A stretch of DNA of 64,000 nucleotides from Octopus vulgaris (lineage: Eukaryota). Positions 13,991 to 25,740 of the stretch are shown here, piece after piece. The position numbers were made by a program, and so were the translations under genes. The stretch is taken from assembly GCA_951406725.2 (NCBI GenBank), contig OX597816.1:84506001-84570000 (forward strand), read 5' to 3'. The notes beneath the pieces were generated by a model. The model saw nothing but the letters and a program-made list of their open reading frames with translations, did not search any database and was not told the origin of the DNA. The stretch's first letter is position 1. Each line of letters opens with the position of its first letter.

Positions 13991-16277
13991 CATACATACA
14001 TATACATATATAAATATATATATATACACACACTTATGCATATATACATATATATATATACATATGCAAATACATACTCACACACATATTCAAATACACA
14101 CACACATATATATATACACACATATTCAAATACACACATATACATATATTATGTACACACGCACACACACATGCAATTATTCACACACAAACACACACAC
14201 ACACGCACACACTCACACGCACGTGTATTTGATGATCATGTTTTATAGTAAGTGGAGTTGGAGAATCTTGTTTTCAGGATTAATCTTTCTTTTTTTTTTT
14301 TTCATGCTTTATTTATTTTTTTCTGCTTGATTTCCCTTTAGAATTGTAATACTAGTTTTGAAGGTCGACTTGTAATGTCAGTGTTTTATCACGACTCTAA
14401 CATGCAGGAGAACTCGGGCACGGTATTACCAGGCTACAAAATACTCCTATAATTTCAAAGTGTTGCTCTCGTTGTCCTTGTTGTTGCAGTGTTGAAAATC
14501 GAACGGAAGAGATTAAAAAAGAAAATAACGTGATGAAGGTTACTACAGCTCCGCCAAGCAAAATGATCTTATTACTGACTTCTCATATAATTATAAATAC
14601 ACCATGTCGAATGTATATCCACTGACTTCTTATTTAACAGAGGAAATGTATGTATTTAGAGCCAGCAATTAATGCAGCATATCATTTGCAATGTAAACAG
14701 GCTTGTCGTTAATATTTGATAAAACAAACTGTGAGGCGTCTTACACGAATTTATTGAAAGATATGCATACTGATACATATACGTTGTGAGAGAGAATAAG
14801 ACAGAGAAAGACAGAGACAGAGATGGCGAGAGAGCAAGAGGAAAAGAGAAGGAAAAAGAGAGTGAATGAAGATTAGCTCTGATCATGCAGACCTAGAATA
14901 CAGTTTGCTGAGGAGGTCTAATAATACAGAAGTATGTTCATTATTTTGTTCATTTGGTCTCACGACAGGATTCACTTTTAAACTATATTTTCTATATTTC
15001 CCCAAAACTTACAAAGACACTCGTGAGTAGTTCATTTTATGAATAATTTCAGTTAACGGACGCTTTTCATCGCATTATATAAATACGTGAGATCTTGTCG
15101 TATTTATACGATAAAAAGCCTTCCAGCTGTGATCTTTGTATTACATTTTCAGATGCAGTCTTTGCAATGTGCTTTTCCTTTTATGTTGAGGACACTCAGG
15201 CTTAGTTTGAAGAAAATGATACTGTTCTTTTTAGTTGACCATGAGACAGTGTAAACATTCCGCTGTAGGTCCGTGCCAATTTTGGAAATGGTACTTAAAC
15301 CTATCGAAATGTGGTGCATATTTGTATCTAGGTGTGCTCTATTATTGAATGTTCAACATAACCACAAGATGGAAAGCACGCCTGCAGCCAAACTAAACAT
15401 GAACAATTACCCCTCATTTCAGTTAGTCGTCCGATACCCAGGCGCTGTGTCTAATATATATGACTTTCTAATCTCGACAGCAGTAGCATTGGGGATCTAA
15501 AGAGAGTATATATGTGTCGTCGCTGCCAATGTCGTTATGTTCTTGTTCAATAGCATTTAGTCAGCTATGTTCACGCGTAGATTTGGATAAAGAGATCATC
15601 TAGAATTCAATGGTCATTTTAATTGCACAATGCAGCCTTTACTGGATTTAAACACTGGAGTTAAAATATGCATTCATTTACTTTACAGACCATGTACGAT
15701 TATTTCTGGTTAATAATCATTGCAATATTTGTGCATACCAAGCCTTTTAGCCCAGCATCTACTTTCACTCTTCCAGACACAGAAACTTCGTTCAGCCAAC
15801 CTACCAAACCATCTATATTATTATTACAATTACCGGATATTGTTCAATTACACTGCATAGAACTTCCTCTTCTCCGGTAAAGGCCAGAATGGGTAATTTC
15901 CATATTTCTATTTTCTTCATATTTAAAGTATGACAATTCCTCTTCGATTTCTAATTATCAAATGGCGTACAATAACTTTGAATTAGATATGAAATGAAAA
16001 GACTTTAAGAAGTCGGTTCGATAGCGATTAAAATGTGTTGTATACTCCATTCACGTTGTTATTAACACTAAAAATAAGACCATTATCTACATTCGACGAT
16101 ATTTGTCCTCATCTTGATTGTTGTTAACACAACGTTTAGTCTGATATAACCTCCAGCCTTCCTCAGGTGTCTTGGGAACATTTTGAACCAAGGTTCTCAT
16201 TCCTAAGGCATTTTTCGATGTTATTATTATTATTACTATTATTATTATTGTCGTTGTTGTTGTTGTTGTTATTGTTC

Positions 16278-16351
16278 AGGTCACTACTTGGAATCGAACT
16301 CGGAATCTTGAGGTTAGTAGCCCGCGCTTTTAACCACTACGCCATATGCCC
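16278..16351 (-). other. tRNA-derived segment with A and B boxes inside the PLE terminal repeat (not a functional tRNA gene)
   Basis: Minus strand gggcataTGGCGTAGTGGttaaaagcgcgggctactaacctcaagattccgaGTTCGATTCCaagtagtgacc; the 5' half recurs at 16870-16911 and the A-box part at 16354-16378. Confidence 0.7.
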
Positions 16352-16378
16352 ACGAGCATATGGCTTAGTGGTTAAGAG

Positions 16379-16815
16379 GTCTCTCCGAATAGATACAAAA
16401 GATATGCGGATCATATGACATCAGAGCAGTATTCAAGAGTAACACAACACTTCGCAAATATCTCCTTCGAGTAAAACCACCAGTAGAAGAGAATATGACC
16501 AAAGACTGCTTGCACGCCATCCCATGCAGCTTATGGTAGGTTATACAAAGGCGAAACATGCCACCCCCTCAAAATAAGGGTAGGCGAACATCGCAAAGCT
16601 GTAACACGAGGATATATCGATAAATCGGGTGTAACTGATCATGTATGGAAAAATGGAGACCACCTCCCCTTGTGGGATGAAGTTAAAATAATAGACAGAG
16701 AACACCACTGGAAAATACGAAGACTAAAAGAAGCAGCACATATGCTAGGACACAACAACTTCCTAAGCAGACCGAATGCAGATAAGAGCAGCATATGGGG
16801 ACAGGTATTAAGGAA
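16379..16815 (+). pseudogene. Penelope/Poseidon-type GIY-YIG endonuclease pseudogene fragment
   Basis: LSE*IQKICGSYDIRAVFKSNTTLRKYLLRVKPP...AIPCS / frameshift / GRLYKGETCHPLKIRVGEH...KSGVTDHVW...WDEVKIIDRE...RRLKEA. Confidence 0.85.
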
Positions 16816-17013
16816 GGATAGAAAAATACTAGATTTATAAGACCTAAAATTCACTCCATAATTGCTCACGGGCATATGGCGTAGTGGTTAAGAGCGCGGG
16901 CTACTAAACCCAACAACAACAGCAACATCAATGACAGCAACAGTAACAACAACAATAATAACAACATCGAAAAATACCTTAGGAATGAGAACTCAGGTTC
17001 GAAATTTCCCCAA

Positions 17014-17059
17014 GACACCTGAAGAAGGCTGGAGAGTATATCAGCCGAAACGTTGTGTT
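17014..17059 (+). ncRNA. Minimal type-I hammerhead ribozyme, core intact
   Basis: GACAC-CTGAAGA-a-GGCTG(10 nt)CAGCC-GAAACGTT-GTGTT; stem I GACAC/GTGTT, stem II 5 bp, palindromic ACGT helix III; the inverted copy at 16126-16171 has GAAA changed to TAAA. Confidence 0.8.
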
Positions 17060-17110
17060 AACAACAAACAAGATGAGGACCAATATCCGTCAAATGTAAA
17101 TAACGTACGT

Positions 17111-17224
17111 AATTCCTCATCTCTTAAATATAGAACTGTAAACATAAGTTGTTGTTTAGCATGTATAAATTCCTCATCTCTTAAATATAGAACTGTAAAC
17201 ATAAGTTGTTGTTTAGCATGTATA
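17111..17224. repeat. 57-bp perfect tandem duplication at the PLE 3' boundary
   Basis: aattcctcatctcttaaatatagaactgtaaacataagttgttgtttagcatgtata occurs twice. Confidence 0.9.
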
Positions 17225-18236
17225 TTTTTTCTATAGCCTGACTCTTCTTTGACCATCAAAACTTCGTCGTTAGCCTACGTTAGCCCATTGATATTACATA
17301 GTTCCATCACTGTCACTTTTAACCTTTGGCCATTATATCCTCGTACTTTCTTATGTAGGACAATATCATCCATTTAAACTGTAAACCATTTTTAGCGAAT
17401 GCAACCAACGAAGAAACTCCATCGTTGACTCGTTTCTTTTGCATATTGGAATAGTTAATTATTTCAAAGGATTGAAAAAAATTTCTTTGAAAAATGTAGC
17501 GTTCTAGAAACATGTGTGAATTGCTACATTCACCGATTTATATATGTTACATATTCATACGAGATATCCTACATGACTGTATATGATATCTTGCCTATTT
17601 ATATACGTTTAATATTTAGCGTAAACATTCGAATACCAAATGTTGAAGCCAGTAATGGAGGAGAAAATTGAAAAACCTGCCGGAACAAAGCATAGGAAAT
17701 CAAAAGCTAGAAAAATTCTCTATTGTACAATTGAAAATAAAAGGTGTCAACTGTCACAACAAAAATATTCGAATGTAAATATATGAAGCTGCTTATTCGT
17801 ATGAGTGAATGACTTTACAGGAATGACGACAATACCAATGAATATCTCATTGTATATTTATTTATATTCTAATAGCTGCGATGAGAGAAAACACTCAGAT
17901 AATGATATGATTATCGTATAGGTAATATTTATCACTATATTTAACACGCTTGTGATTTTTCCGCTCTGTGTTGTGAATATATCTACATATGTGTGTGTAT
18001 GTACGTATAACTACATCCGGTGTGTAAGCATAAACGCGCATATTTATAATCGTCATACATAAAATACGTAAACACACGCACTTACACACATACACGATGT
18101 GGGTACAATCTAAATGCTTACAGTTCCGTTAAATCTTGGCAGCTGTCAGATATGCAGTTCTGTAGTCAAGCGGGAATATATTACTAATTGTCACATGATC
18201 CTACAGAATACAGTGGAAGAACACAAACACACAGGC

Positions 18237-18287
<51 letters not shown>

Positions 18288-19281
18288 TATATATATACAC
18301 ATATACATATATATATGTGTGTGTGTGTGTATCTATACGCACACACGTATATACGTACACACACACGCACATATATATATATCATGTAATTTAGATAATT
18401 CCTACTCTACTTTCGACAACAAGCCTCAGTTACAAAGTTACTTTGAAGCTAAACGCACACGTGGTGCGCGCATGCACTCACACACGTTCACACATATACA
18501 CACACTCATGTACACGCGCATATATAGAAACATACATAGACATACGTATGTGAATATACATGTATATATACCCATATGTTTGTATGTATATATGTATGTA
18601 TTTACACGTATATGTGTGGGGTGAGGGAGAGGGAAGGGAGATAGAGAGACGGAGGCACATCAGAATGGTAAAGAAATTTACCTAACAATCAGGATTCCTC
18701 GCGTCTGGTCCAACTGTGTGCCATTATGAGCAAATGACTTTTAACATGAATTTCGGTGAGCTAAGACATGTAGCTGAAATTGTGGAGACAAAGCCTTTGA
18801 AAGCCAGTTGATTTTTCTTTATTTGTAAATGAAGTGGCCAGTCAGTTCTTCGCTATTTCGAACGGAGAATCTTGTTACTGTTACAAGTGTCTGTGGAATG
18901 ATTGGTCACATTACAATCCACTGATCAAAAAATTATATTGATCAAACTTATTTAATACTCATCGTCGAAAGAAGATATCCATTTGCTTGAATTTTACTAT
19001 AAATCTATAGCAGAGTAGTTAATAAAGTCTCTTTCTAGCCATTAGAACCCGAGCCCTATTATATTGCTTGGCTATATTAGCAAAAATATGGAAAACTGTG
19101 TGGAAGTGGGCGCAGGAGTGGCTGTGTGGTAAATAGCTTGCTTAGGAACCACATGGTTCCGTGTTTAGTCCCACTGTGTGTTACCCTGGGCAAATGTTTT
19201 CTACTAAAGCTTCGGGTCGATCAAAGCTTTGTGAGTCGATTTGGTAGACGTAAAGTGAAAGAATATATATATATATATAAC

Positions 19282-19813
19282 ATTAATTAAGGGTAGAAAT
19301 CAATATTTATCAATTAAAACCAGTGGTCTAGCATTTTTTAATATGCTAGACCACTGGTTTTAATTGATAAATATTGGTTTCTACCCTTAATTAATTTTAT
19401 AAAAAACTAAATATGTTCTCTAACTGATAAATTGACTGCTGCTAATTATTAGCTGCAGGCTATTTTCTTCGGGTCTCAACGCGCCAAGGTGAAAGGCATT
19501 TGAAATACATATTCGAATGTAATTAGTTGAACTCTACGCACATGATGATACTCCGGTATCGTTTTTGCATCTAGTTCAGCAGATTGCATTCATATCGGCC
19601 ATGCTGACGAAGACTACGGGTATCCTTACGAATAATAATAGTCGAAACTGATTCAGTACATGGATGAGTATTGTTTTTCGTATATTTTCACTTGTTAATT
19701 GCGTGGGTTGGTGTTGAGTTTGATCTGAGAACATAATCTTTTGCGGAGAATGGCGATTTGACGTCTATATCTAGCATGTTGACTGTCCACTTTTTCGTGT
19801 TCAGTCCTTAATT

Positions 19814-19815
<2 letters not shown>
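19282..19815 (+). mobile_element. Non-coding PLE terminal-repeat-like cassette: ~53-bp-arm hairpin (19282-19394) plus hammerhead
   Basis: attaattaagggtagaaatcaatatttatcaattaaaaccagtggtctagca followed by its reverse complement; (TA)n at both ends. Confidence 0.7.
19599..19663 (+). ncRNA. Type-I hammerhead ribozyme with all three helices intact
   Basis: CCATG-CTGACGA-a-GACTA(22 nt)TAGTC-GAAA-CTG-att-CAG-TA-CATGG; stem I 5 bp, stem II 5 bp, helix III ACTG/CAGT, GUA cleavage triplet. Confidence 0.85.
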
Positions 19816-19852
<37 letters not shown>

Positions 19853-20410
19853 ATATATGTATGTATATATGTGTATGTGACTGTGTTTGATCCCCCACCA
19901 TCTCTTGATAACCAATGTTGGTGTGTTTACGTCCCCGTAACTTAGCGGTTCGGCAAAAGAGACCGATAGAATAAGTACTAGGCTTACAAAGAATAAGTCC
20001 TAGGATCGATTTGTTCGACTAAAGACGGTGCTGCTGCATGGCCACAGTCAAATGATTGAAACAAATAAAAGAAGAAAAACAAGAATAACGTCGGATGCAT
20101 TGTGCATGTAATTCAAAACCCCACCAATGTCTGACAGTGGTGCACTGATTCTACTTGAGAACTATATTAAGTGTACTGGCGTGTGAGAAATACTTAACCA
20201 CTTACAAGCTGATTCTGTGAGTAGGTAGTTCGGTGGAGAACCATTGGACGCCCATATGTTGTTTTCGATAGAAGATTCTAACACAACTACATACGCACAC
20301 GCACACACACGCACACAATCATGCACACAAACACACATATATATTCGCCATGCTTGACCACTAAATCTACACGTGTTCTTTTTCTCAATCTCTCTCTCTC
20401 TCTCTCTCTC

Positions 20411-20722
20411 TCTGTTGAAAGGCGTAGGCTCGAAACGTAAATGACTTTTTCATTTTCCCGAGCGTTCATACACTTGTCTTCGTCTTTTTTTCCTATAAAT
20501 TTCAGCTATATACATAGTTAATAAAACATATATCAGAAAAGAAGCACACTCTAAAGAATAGAGCAGTAGTTGTTACAACAAAAATTAAAATTATACCTTT
20601 CTGTTGAAGAGCGTACACTCGAAACGTGAAACACTTTTCATTTTACCCGAGCGTCAAACTAATACTCTTGCTTATTGTTCTTTTCATACACCTGTCTTCG
20701 TCTTTTGTTTTCTATAAATTTC

Positions 20723-20725
<3 letters not shown>
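20411..20725 (+). repeat. Two direct copies (~20411-20510 and ~20597-20725) of a short repeat carrying a hammerhead relic
   Basis: ctgttgaa(a/g)..gcgta..ctcGAAACGT...ttttcatttt.cccgagcgt...catacac.tgtcttcgtctttt...tataaatttca; a related relic lies at ~59770-59830. Confidence 0.6.
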
Positions 20726-20774
<49 letters not shown>

Positions 20775-20863
20775 TGAGTTTCGCTTGGGATTACTATGGT
20801 ACGCTGAAAAGTATCTCCCGAAAATGTTAGATACATATTGTTTCATTTAATATACACCTCCGA

Positions 20864-21065
20864 ATGAATATGTATATGTGGTTAAACAATTCTGGACCGA
20901 ACTTCTTTTTCAAAGACCTCTCTGGTCGAATACAGAACAAGTTTTTCATTGAAAGAATAAAATTCATACTGCAAAAGAATTATTTCAATTGCGATGTAAT
21001 CAATAAAGAACAAATAATTTGGATCACGATGGGAACAATTGTTGGGCCAACTTAAGCAACTACTT
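20864..21065 (+). pseudogene. Decayed Penelope-like reverse transcriptase fragment
   Basis: FFIERIKFILQKNYFNCD....EQIIWITMGTIVGPT*A resembles the PLE RT motif IL..NYF.F....Y.Q..G.AMG...AP.YA. Confidence 0.6.
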
Positions 21066-21341
21066 TGCCTCAAGACATGCGAGACACGGGAGAAAGAAAA
21101 TAGTATTTAATTTGCAAATAAAACTTTGCTGAGTGCTGAGTGCAACAACATCCAAATGAAAAGGGGAGATAATATATGTATATACACACACACATGCATA
21201 AATAGAAAACACCTTGCCACATATATGTGTGTGTGCGTATGTGTGTGTCCATGCGTTTATAACACACATACAATGCATATATATGAGTGTATGTATATAT
21301 GTATATATGTGTTTCTATATAAACATATAGATATGTATATG

Positions 21342-21381
<40 letters not shown>

Positions 21382-21585
21382 AGTAGTTGAATGAATTATC
21401 TTATTAAGGATAATTCGAAAGATAACCGATACCTGGGTAGCAAATTCACATCAGAAAGAACACGGTTGAAGTTACGTCCCTAGGGCATAGACTACGTGCT
21501 TTCGTGCGGAAATTTGTATGTTTATTTTAAAAATATAAGTTTATGAAAGAATGGAGTTGAACGACTTGTTAACAAATTTCCTTTA

Positions 21586-21659
21586 TTTTCGACATATGTT
21601 TCGAAGGCTGCATATTCCTAATTCCGAAGGAACATTATGCAGATTTCTCATCAGGAAAG
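21586..21659 (-). ncRNA. Type-I hammerhead ribozyme with extended stem II (sense terminal repeat)
   Basis: Minus strand cTTTC-CTGATGA-Gaaat-CTGCATA...TATGCAG-ccttC-GAAA-CATATG-TC-GAAA; helix III is the palindrome ACATATGT, GUC triplet. Confidence 0.8.
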
Positions 21660-22189
21660 GCAAGGAACTTATGTCGACATATGCACAAAAACTTTTAGCC
21701 GACTTCTCAAAGAGCCCATGGCGATAATGAGTTTATAAGGAGTGAAAGAATGTAGAAGAACTTAGAAGGATCTAAAGGTTCAAGGGTTCAAACGAAGTAG
21801 GAGGAGGGAGGCATAAGAATAGTGAGGTGAGAGGGTGCAGGTCAAAAGAATGGTGTGTTTAATTGATTTCTTTTATGAATGAGTGCCTGTGTGTGTGACT
21901 GTATATAACTGTCATAATGTGTGTATGTATGTGAATGCGTGATTGTGTTTGTGGATGGGTAGATGTCAGAAAACTGACAGCTGTGAGGTGAGAGGTCTGT
22001 GTCTGTGTGTTTGATTGTGTTTACTGTAGAGAAAGGGAAGTAGAGAGAGAAAGGGAGGAAGAGTCGGGCGAGGTGAGAGGCAACGCTGGAATGGGTAGTA
22101 GTTCTTGGAATTATAAGAAAATCTTTTGACTATTGGGGTGAAATATAACAAAACTTTTTTGGAAATCGAGGGGTTATCTATATTAGTCA

Positions 22190-23540
22190 CTATTCATATG
22201 AGTGAAAGGTGTGTCGTTTCCAGTGTAAACACCTGTAAGGCCTTTCGACGATTGTATTTATTAAAGGGACTTTGGTGAACAAAATATGAAAAAGTTCGGA
22301 ATTACAGATGCCACAAAATTTTCTGCCCTTATCAAACGGGAAGGACACCGACAAAATGGACCATTCCAGCTTGAAAGAAGTATTATTGTTCTTCAGACGC
22401 CAGACTAATTTGCTTAGCACCGTGCTGTGTTGCTTTCTCTTATCTCTGAAAGTAGAATAATGGTTGGAGATCCTTTGGGCTAATTTAGAAGAGGTTGCGC
22501 CAATGTAGAAGTAGACATCGGTTCCAGAAGTAAATTTGCACTGGTAAGTGGTGTTTCTAATTTTGGAATTTTGGGATAAGAACTTTAATCTGTTGGGGTT
22601 GGTTTCCGATACTAAGACAGAGTTTTTATTGTTGTGATAGGTGTAAAAATTGTTGCTGGCTTTGGCCATGATACTATTCATCTTATTATCATTACTATTA
22701 GTTGTAATATCGTCGGCAAATTCCCTGGCTATAGGAATGCTGCGATTGTTATCATCAATAATTTAACTGTTATTAAGAATGCTGTTACTATTACCACTAA
22801 CACCACCACTATTAATAATCTGGTTAATGTTATTATCATTATTACTATTGCTAACGCTAATGCTGCTATGAATGTTGCTAATATCCATACTACTTCTATT
22901 ATTATTATTATTGTATGTTACGTTGGAATAGGTAAGGGCGGTGTCGCTACTCTTGGGTGATGAAACCTTATTTAGCAGCTTATTATTGTGGAAAGCTATT
23001 ACCTGCGATAGATTTTTAGTATTTGAGAATGCAATCCTTACTTTATGCGAATTTATAGTGGAGTAATATCTAGAATTCCTAGGAAAATTCTTAGCTACAG
23101 CTTCACGGAATTGTAAAGGGAGGTTAGACCTGATTTGTTTCCCGAAAGGAATCACAAACCAGATATAGTTTTTTTGTTCTTGGAATGGCTCAGAGTGTTA
23201 ACATTTACATTAAAGGGCGTATTTCTGTGTAGTAGAATGGGGTTTGGTTTACGATGGCCTCCCCTGGTCCGCAAATTATTTTTGTTAAATATATTATTGT
23301 CGACGTTGCTAGAGCTGAAATCACTAATTATGTTATTTATATTATTATTAGTAGTTATCTTATCTTGATGGGTAAATATTAGTTTAGGATGGGCCGGATC
23401 GATATATGATACCTTATCCCTATAACCGGCCTTTGACAAGGCGGCGTTATAAAATTCCGCTTTTTGTTTAAAAATGTCGACATTTGCAGATAAATTTGAT
23501 AGTCTCAAGGATATATTTTTAACCAAATTATCGGTGATAG
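22190..23540 (-). pseudogene. PLE ORF C-terminal part (RT thumb, Asn-rich linker, GIY-YIG endonuclease) with one frameshift and one nonsense codon
   Basis: KNISLRLSNLS...IF...FYNAALSKAGY; frameshift near the A-run at ~23165-23175 restores IWFVIPFGKQ...FP...KVRIAFSNTKNL..VI..HN; TAA at 22763-22765 is in frame with 22681; TTYQCKF...YIGATS...RISNH...CGICNSE...RCLH. Confidence 0.85.
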
Positions 23541-23548
23541 TTCCTTGC

Positions 23549-23631
23549 TTTTCCTGATGAGAAATCTGCATAATGTACTCCTTATTCCTTCCGAATTAGG
23601 AATACGCAGCCTTCGAAACATATGTCGAAAA
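23549..23631 (+). ncRNA. Type-I hammerhead ribozyme (inverted terminal repeat copy)
   Basis: TTTTC-CTGATGA-Gaaatctgca...cgcagccttC-GAAA-CATATG-TC-GAAAA. Confidence 0.8.
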
Positions 23632-23681
23632 TAAAGGAAATTTGTTAACAAGTCGTTCAACTCCATTCTTTCATAAACTTA

Positions 23682-23711
<30 letters not shown>

Positions 23712-23713
<2 letters not shown>

Positions 23714-24837
23714 CAAAGCAAATTTATTTTAATATGGGGTAGGACCCCCTGTGGCAGTAATTACAGCTTGAATTCTACGATGTATAGACTCGTACAAAGT
23801 TTGAATTGTTTCCAAAGTAATTCTTGTCAATTCTTCAGCTAAAACAGTCTCCAGTTCTTGTAGTGATGATGGTGGAGGATATCGACTCCTTACTTGTTTT
23901 TCTAAAATGCACCATAAATGTTCAATAATATTGAGATCTGGGGACTGTAGTGGCCAGATAAAATGTTCAGCTTCATTAGAATGTTCCTCGTGCCATTCAG
24001 TAAAAACTGTAGCTGCATGAATTGGTGTATTATCCTCCTGAAAGATTGCGTTTCTCTCTGGAAACAGTTCCGCAACCATAGGATGAGTGTGATTAGATTA
24101 AATGCGTAAATAGTATAGACTCTTAATTCTGCCATGAAGGGTAACTATTGGGCCGGCGGAATTCCAAGTTATAGCCCCCCAAATCATCACAGATCCTCCT
24201 CCATGTTTAACAGTTGGAAGAAAGCAGTCTGGGTCAAATGCTTCTTTTGGCTGTCTCCACACGTATACTCGGCCGGTGGTCGGAAATAAGATAAGGATGA
24301 CTCATCCGAGAAAATAACATTCTTCTACTGCTCTAGGGACCAATTCTGTAGGTTTTTACTCCACCGTAAACGCTTTGCAACGTTTGTTTTTGAAAGTAGT
24401 GGTTTCCTGATTGCAACCCTCCCTCTGGCTTTGTGCAGCTACCGACGAACGGTTTTTGTGGAAACTGAGTTCTCGAGGTGGTCATTAAGCTCTGCATATA
24501 ATTTTGGGAGCTGTACTTTTGTGATCCTTTCTAACAATACGCATAAGAGTCCGACAGTCGCTATCTGCAAGTTTTGGTTTTCTTCCGGAGTTTTGTTTCG
24601 ACGAGAAGATTTTTCCCTCCTTCTCAAAGGCTATCATTACTTTCGTGACTACTTCTTGATACACCAAACATTTCGGTTGTCTTCGTTACGCTAGCACCTG
24701 CCATACGAGCACCAACAATTTGATCTCTTTGAAAGTCCGATAGACATGTCATTTTGATGAATTTTAATTACATTTTTCTGATGATACCTAAAAGAAACAG
24801 CAATTTTAGCAAGACATATTAAGCAAAACTAATAAAA

Positions 24838-24840
<3 letters not shown>
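23712..24840 (-). mobile_element. Tc1-family DNA transposon with frameshifted DDE transposase
   Basis: N-terminal DFQRDQIVGARMAGASV, SGRKPKL, IFSDES (~24300-24315), FQEDNTPIH, WPLQSPDLNIIEHLW, C-terminal IQAVITATGGPTPY; between (TA)n arrays. Confidence 0.9.
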
Positions 24841-24910
<70 letters not shown>

Positions 24911-25019
24911 CGGCACATACAAACACCACATTATAAACATATATATATATACATATTTTTATTAGTTTTCTATATGTCTTTAAAATTCTGATAGTATATC
25001 GAAAAAGTAATTAAAATTC

Positions 25020-25160
25020 AGTTCTTGTAGTGATGATGGTGGAGGATATCGACTCCTTACTTGTTTTTCTAAAATTCACCATAAATGTTCAATAATGTTG
25101 AGATCTGGGGACTGTGGTGGCCAGATATGTATAATGTGCGTGTTTGTGTATTCGTCTGCC
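25020..25160 (-). repeat. Local partial duplicate of the adjacent Tc1 transposase sequence
   Basis: gttcttgtagtgatgatggtggaggatatcgactccttacttgtttttctaaaat...gagatctggggactgt repeats 23854-23958; ctggaaacagttccgcaa repeats ~24058-24075. Confidence 0.85.
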
Positions 25161-25177
25161 GTCTGGAAACAGTTCCG

Positions 25178-25241
<64 letters not shown>

Positions 25242-25665
25242 GTTATAGGATGTTACTGTATGATAATATGAGAAATACTAGAAGATACTTTCGTTTAAAG
25301 TACTTCTATGTCATATGTTTGAATATTGCGACATGCGTTTTCGACAAACACAGTTATTATCCTTTCCATGTATTACGTGATGGATCTTACTGAAACGGAA
25401 GGTATTAGTATGAGGGAAAGAAGCAAAAGGAACGAATGAAGGCTACAACTCATCGTGAGAGTAAGTGGGAAGTTAACATTGTTATGAATTGGAAGTATTT
25501 TACGAAGTTCACAATTCAGGTGAAGTATATATATATATATATGTATATGTATGCCGGTATGTATGTGTGTATGTATGTATGTTGTATATATACACACATA
25601 TAAATATATATATATATGTATATATGTATATATACATATATATAGAGATATATATTTATACATAC

Positions 25666-25740
<75 letters not shown>

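Larger units (their letters stand above)
16075..17150 (+). mobile_element. Penelope-like element remnant: inverted terminal repeat, GIY-YIG endonuclease fragment, terminal repeat
   Basis: 16081-16351 is an inverted copy of 16870-17105, enclosing a decayed GIY-YIG frame; both repeats carry a hammerhead motif. Confidence 0.85.
19108..20075 (+). mobile_element. tRNA-derived SINE family B split in two (head 19108-19262, tail ~19870-20075) by an insertion in its internal (TA)n
   Basis: Head ggcgcaggagtggctgtgtggtaaatagcttg and tail gtgtttacgtccccgtaacttagcggttcggcaaaagagaccgatagaataag match the intact copy at 27199-27627. Confidence 0.85.
21380..23688 (-). mobile_element. 5'-truncated Penelope-like retroelement (Naiad-like) with inverted terminal repeats
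   Basis: 21529-21669 and 23539-23688 are inverted copies with hammerheads; between them lie RT-thumb and GIY-YIG frames; (TA)n on both flanks. Confidence 0.88.

Noticed and set aside
14342-14452. Plus-strand exon candidate after a pyrimidine tract
   Set aside because: Short open frame with no motif; such tracts are common by chance in this AT-rich DNA
16278-16351. Functional tRNA gene
   Set aside because: Acceptor and anticodon stems pair poorly, and the segment is repeated as part of a PLE terminal repeat
18682-18774. Minus-strand exon candidate (tttcag ... ag/gtaaat)
   Set aside because: Stops in all three frames and no recognisable protein; cannot be supported without RNA data
23152-23154. 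TGA ending ORF 23152-23571 as a possible selenocysteine codon
   Set aside because: Homology continues in another frame (IWFVIPF) just upstream, so this TGA results from a frameshift
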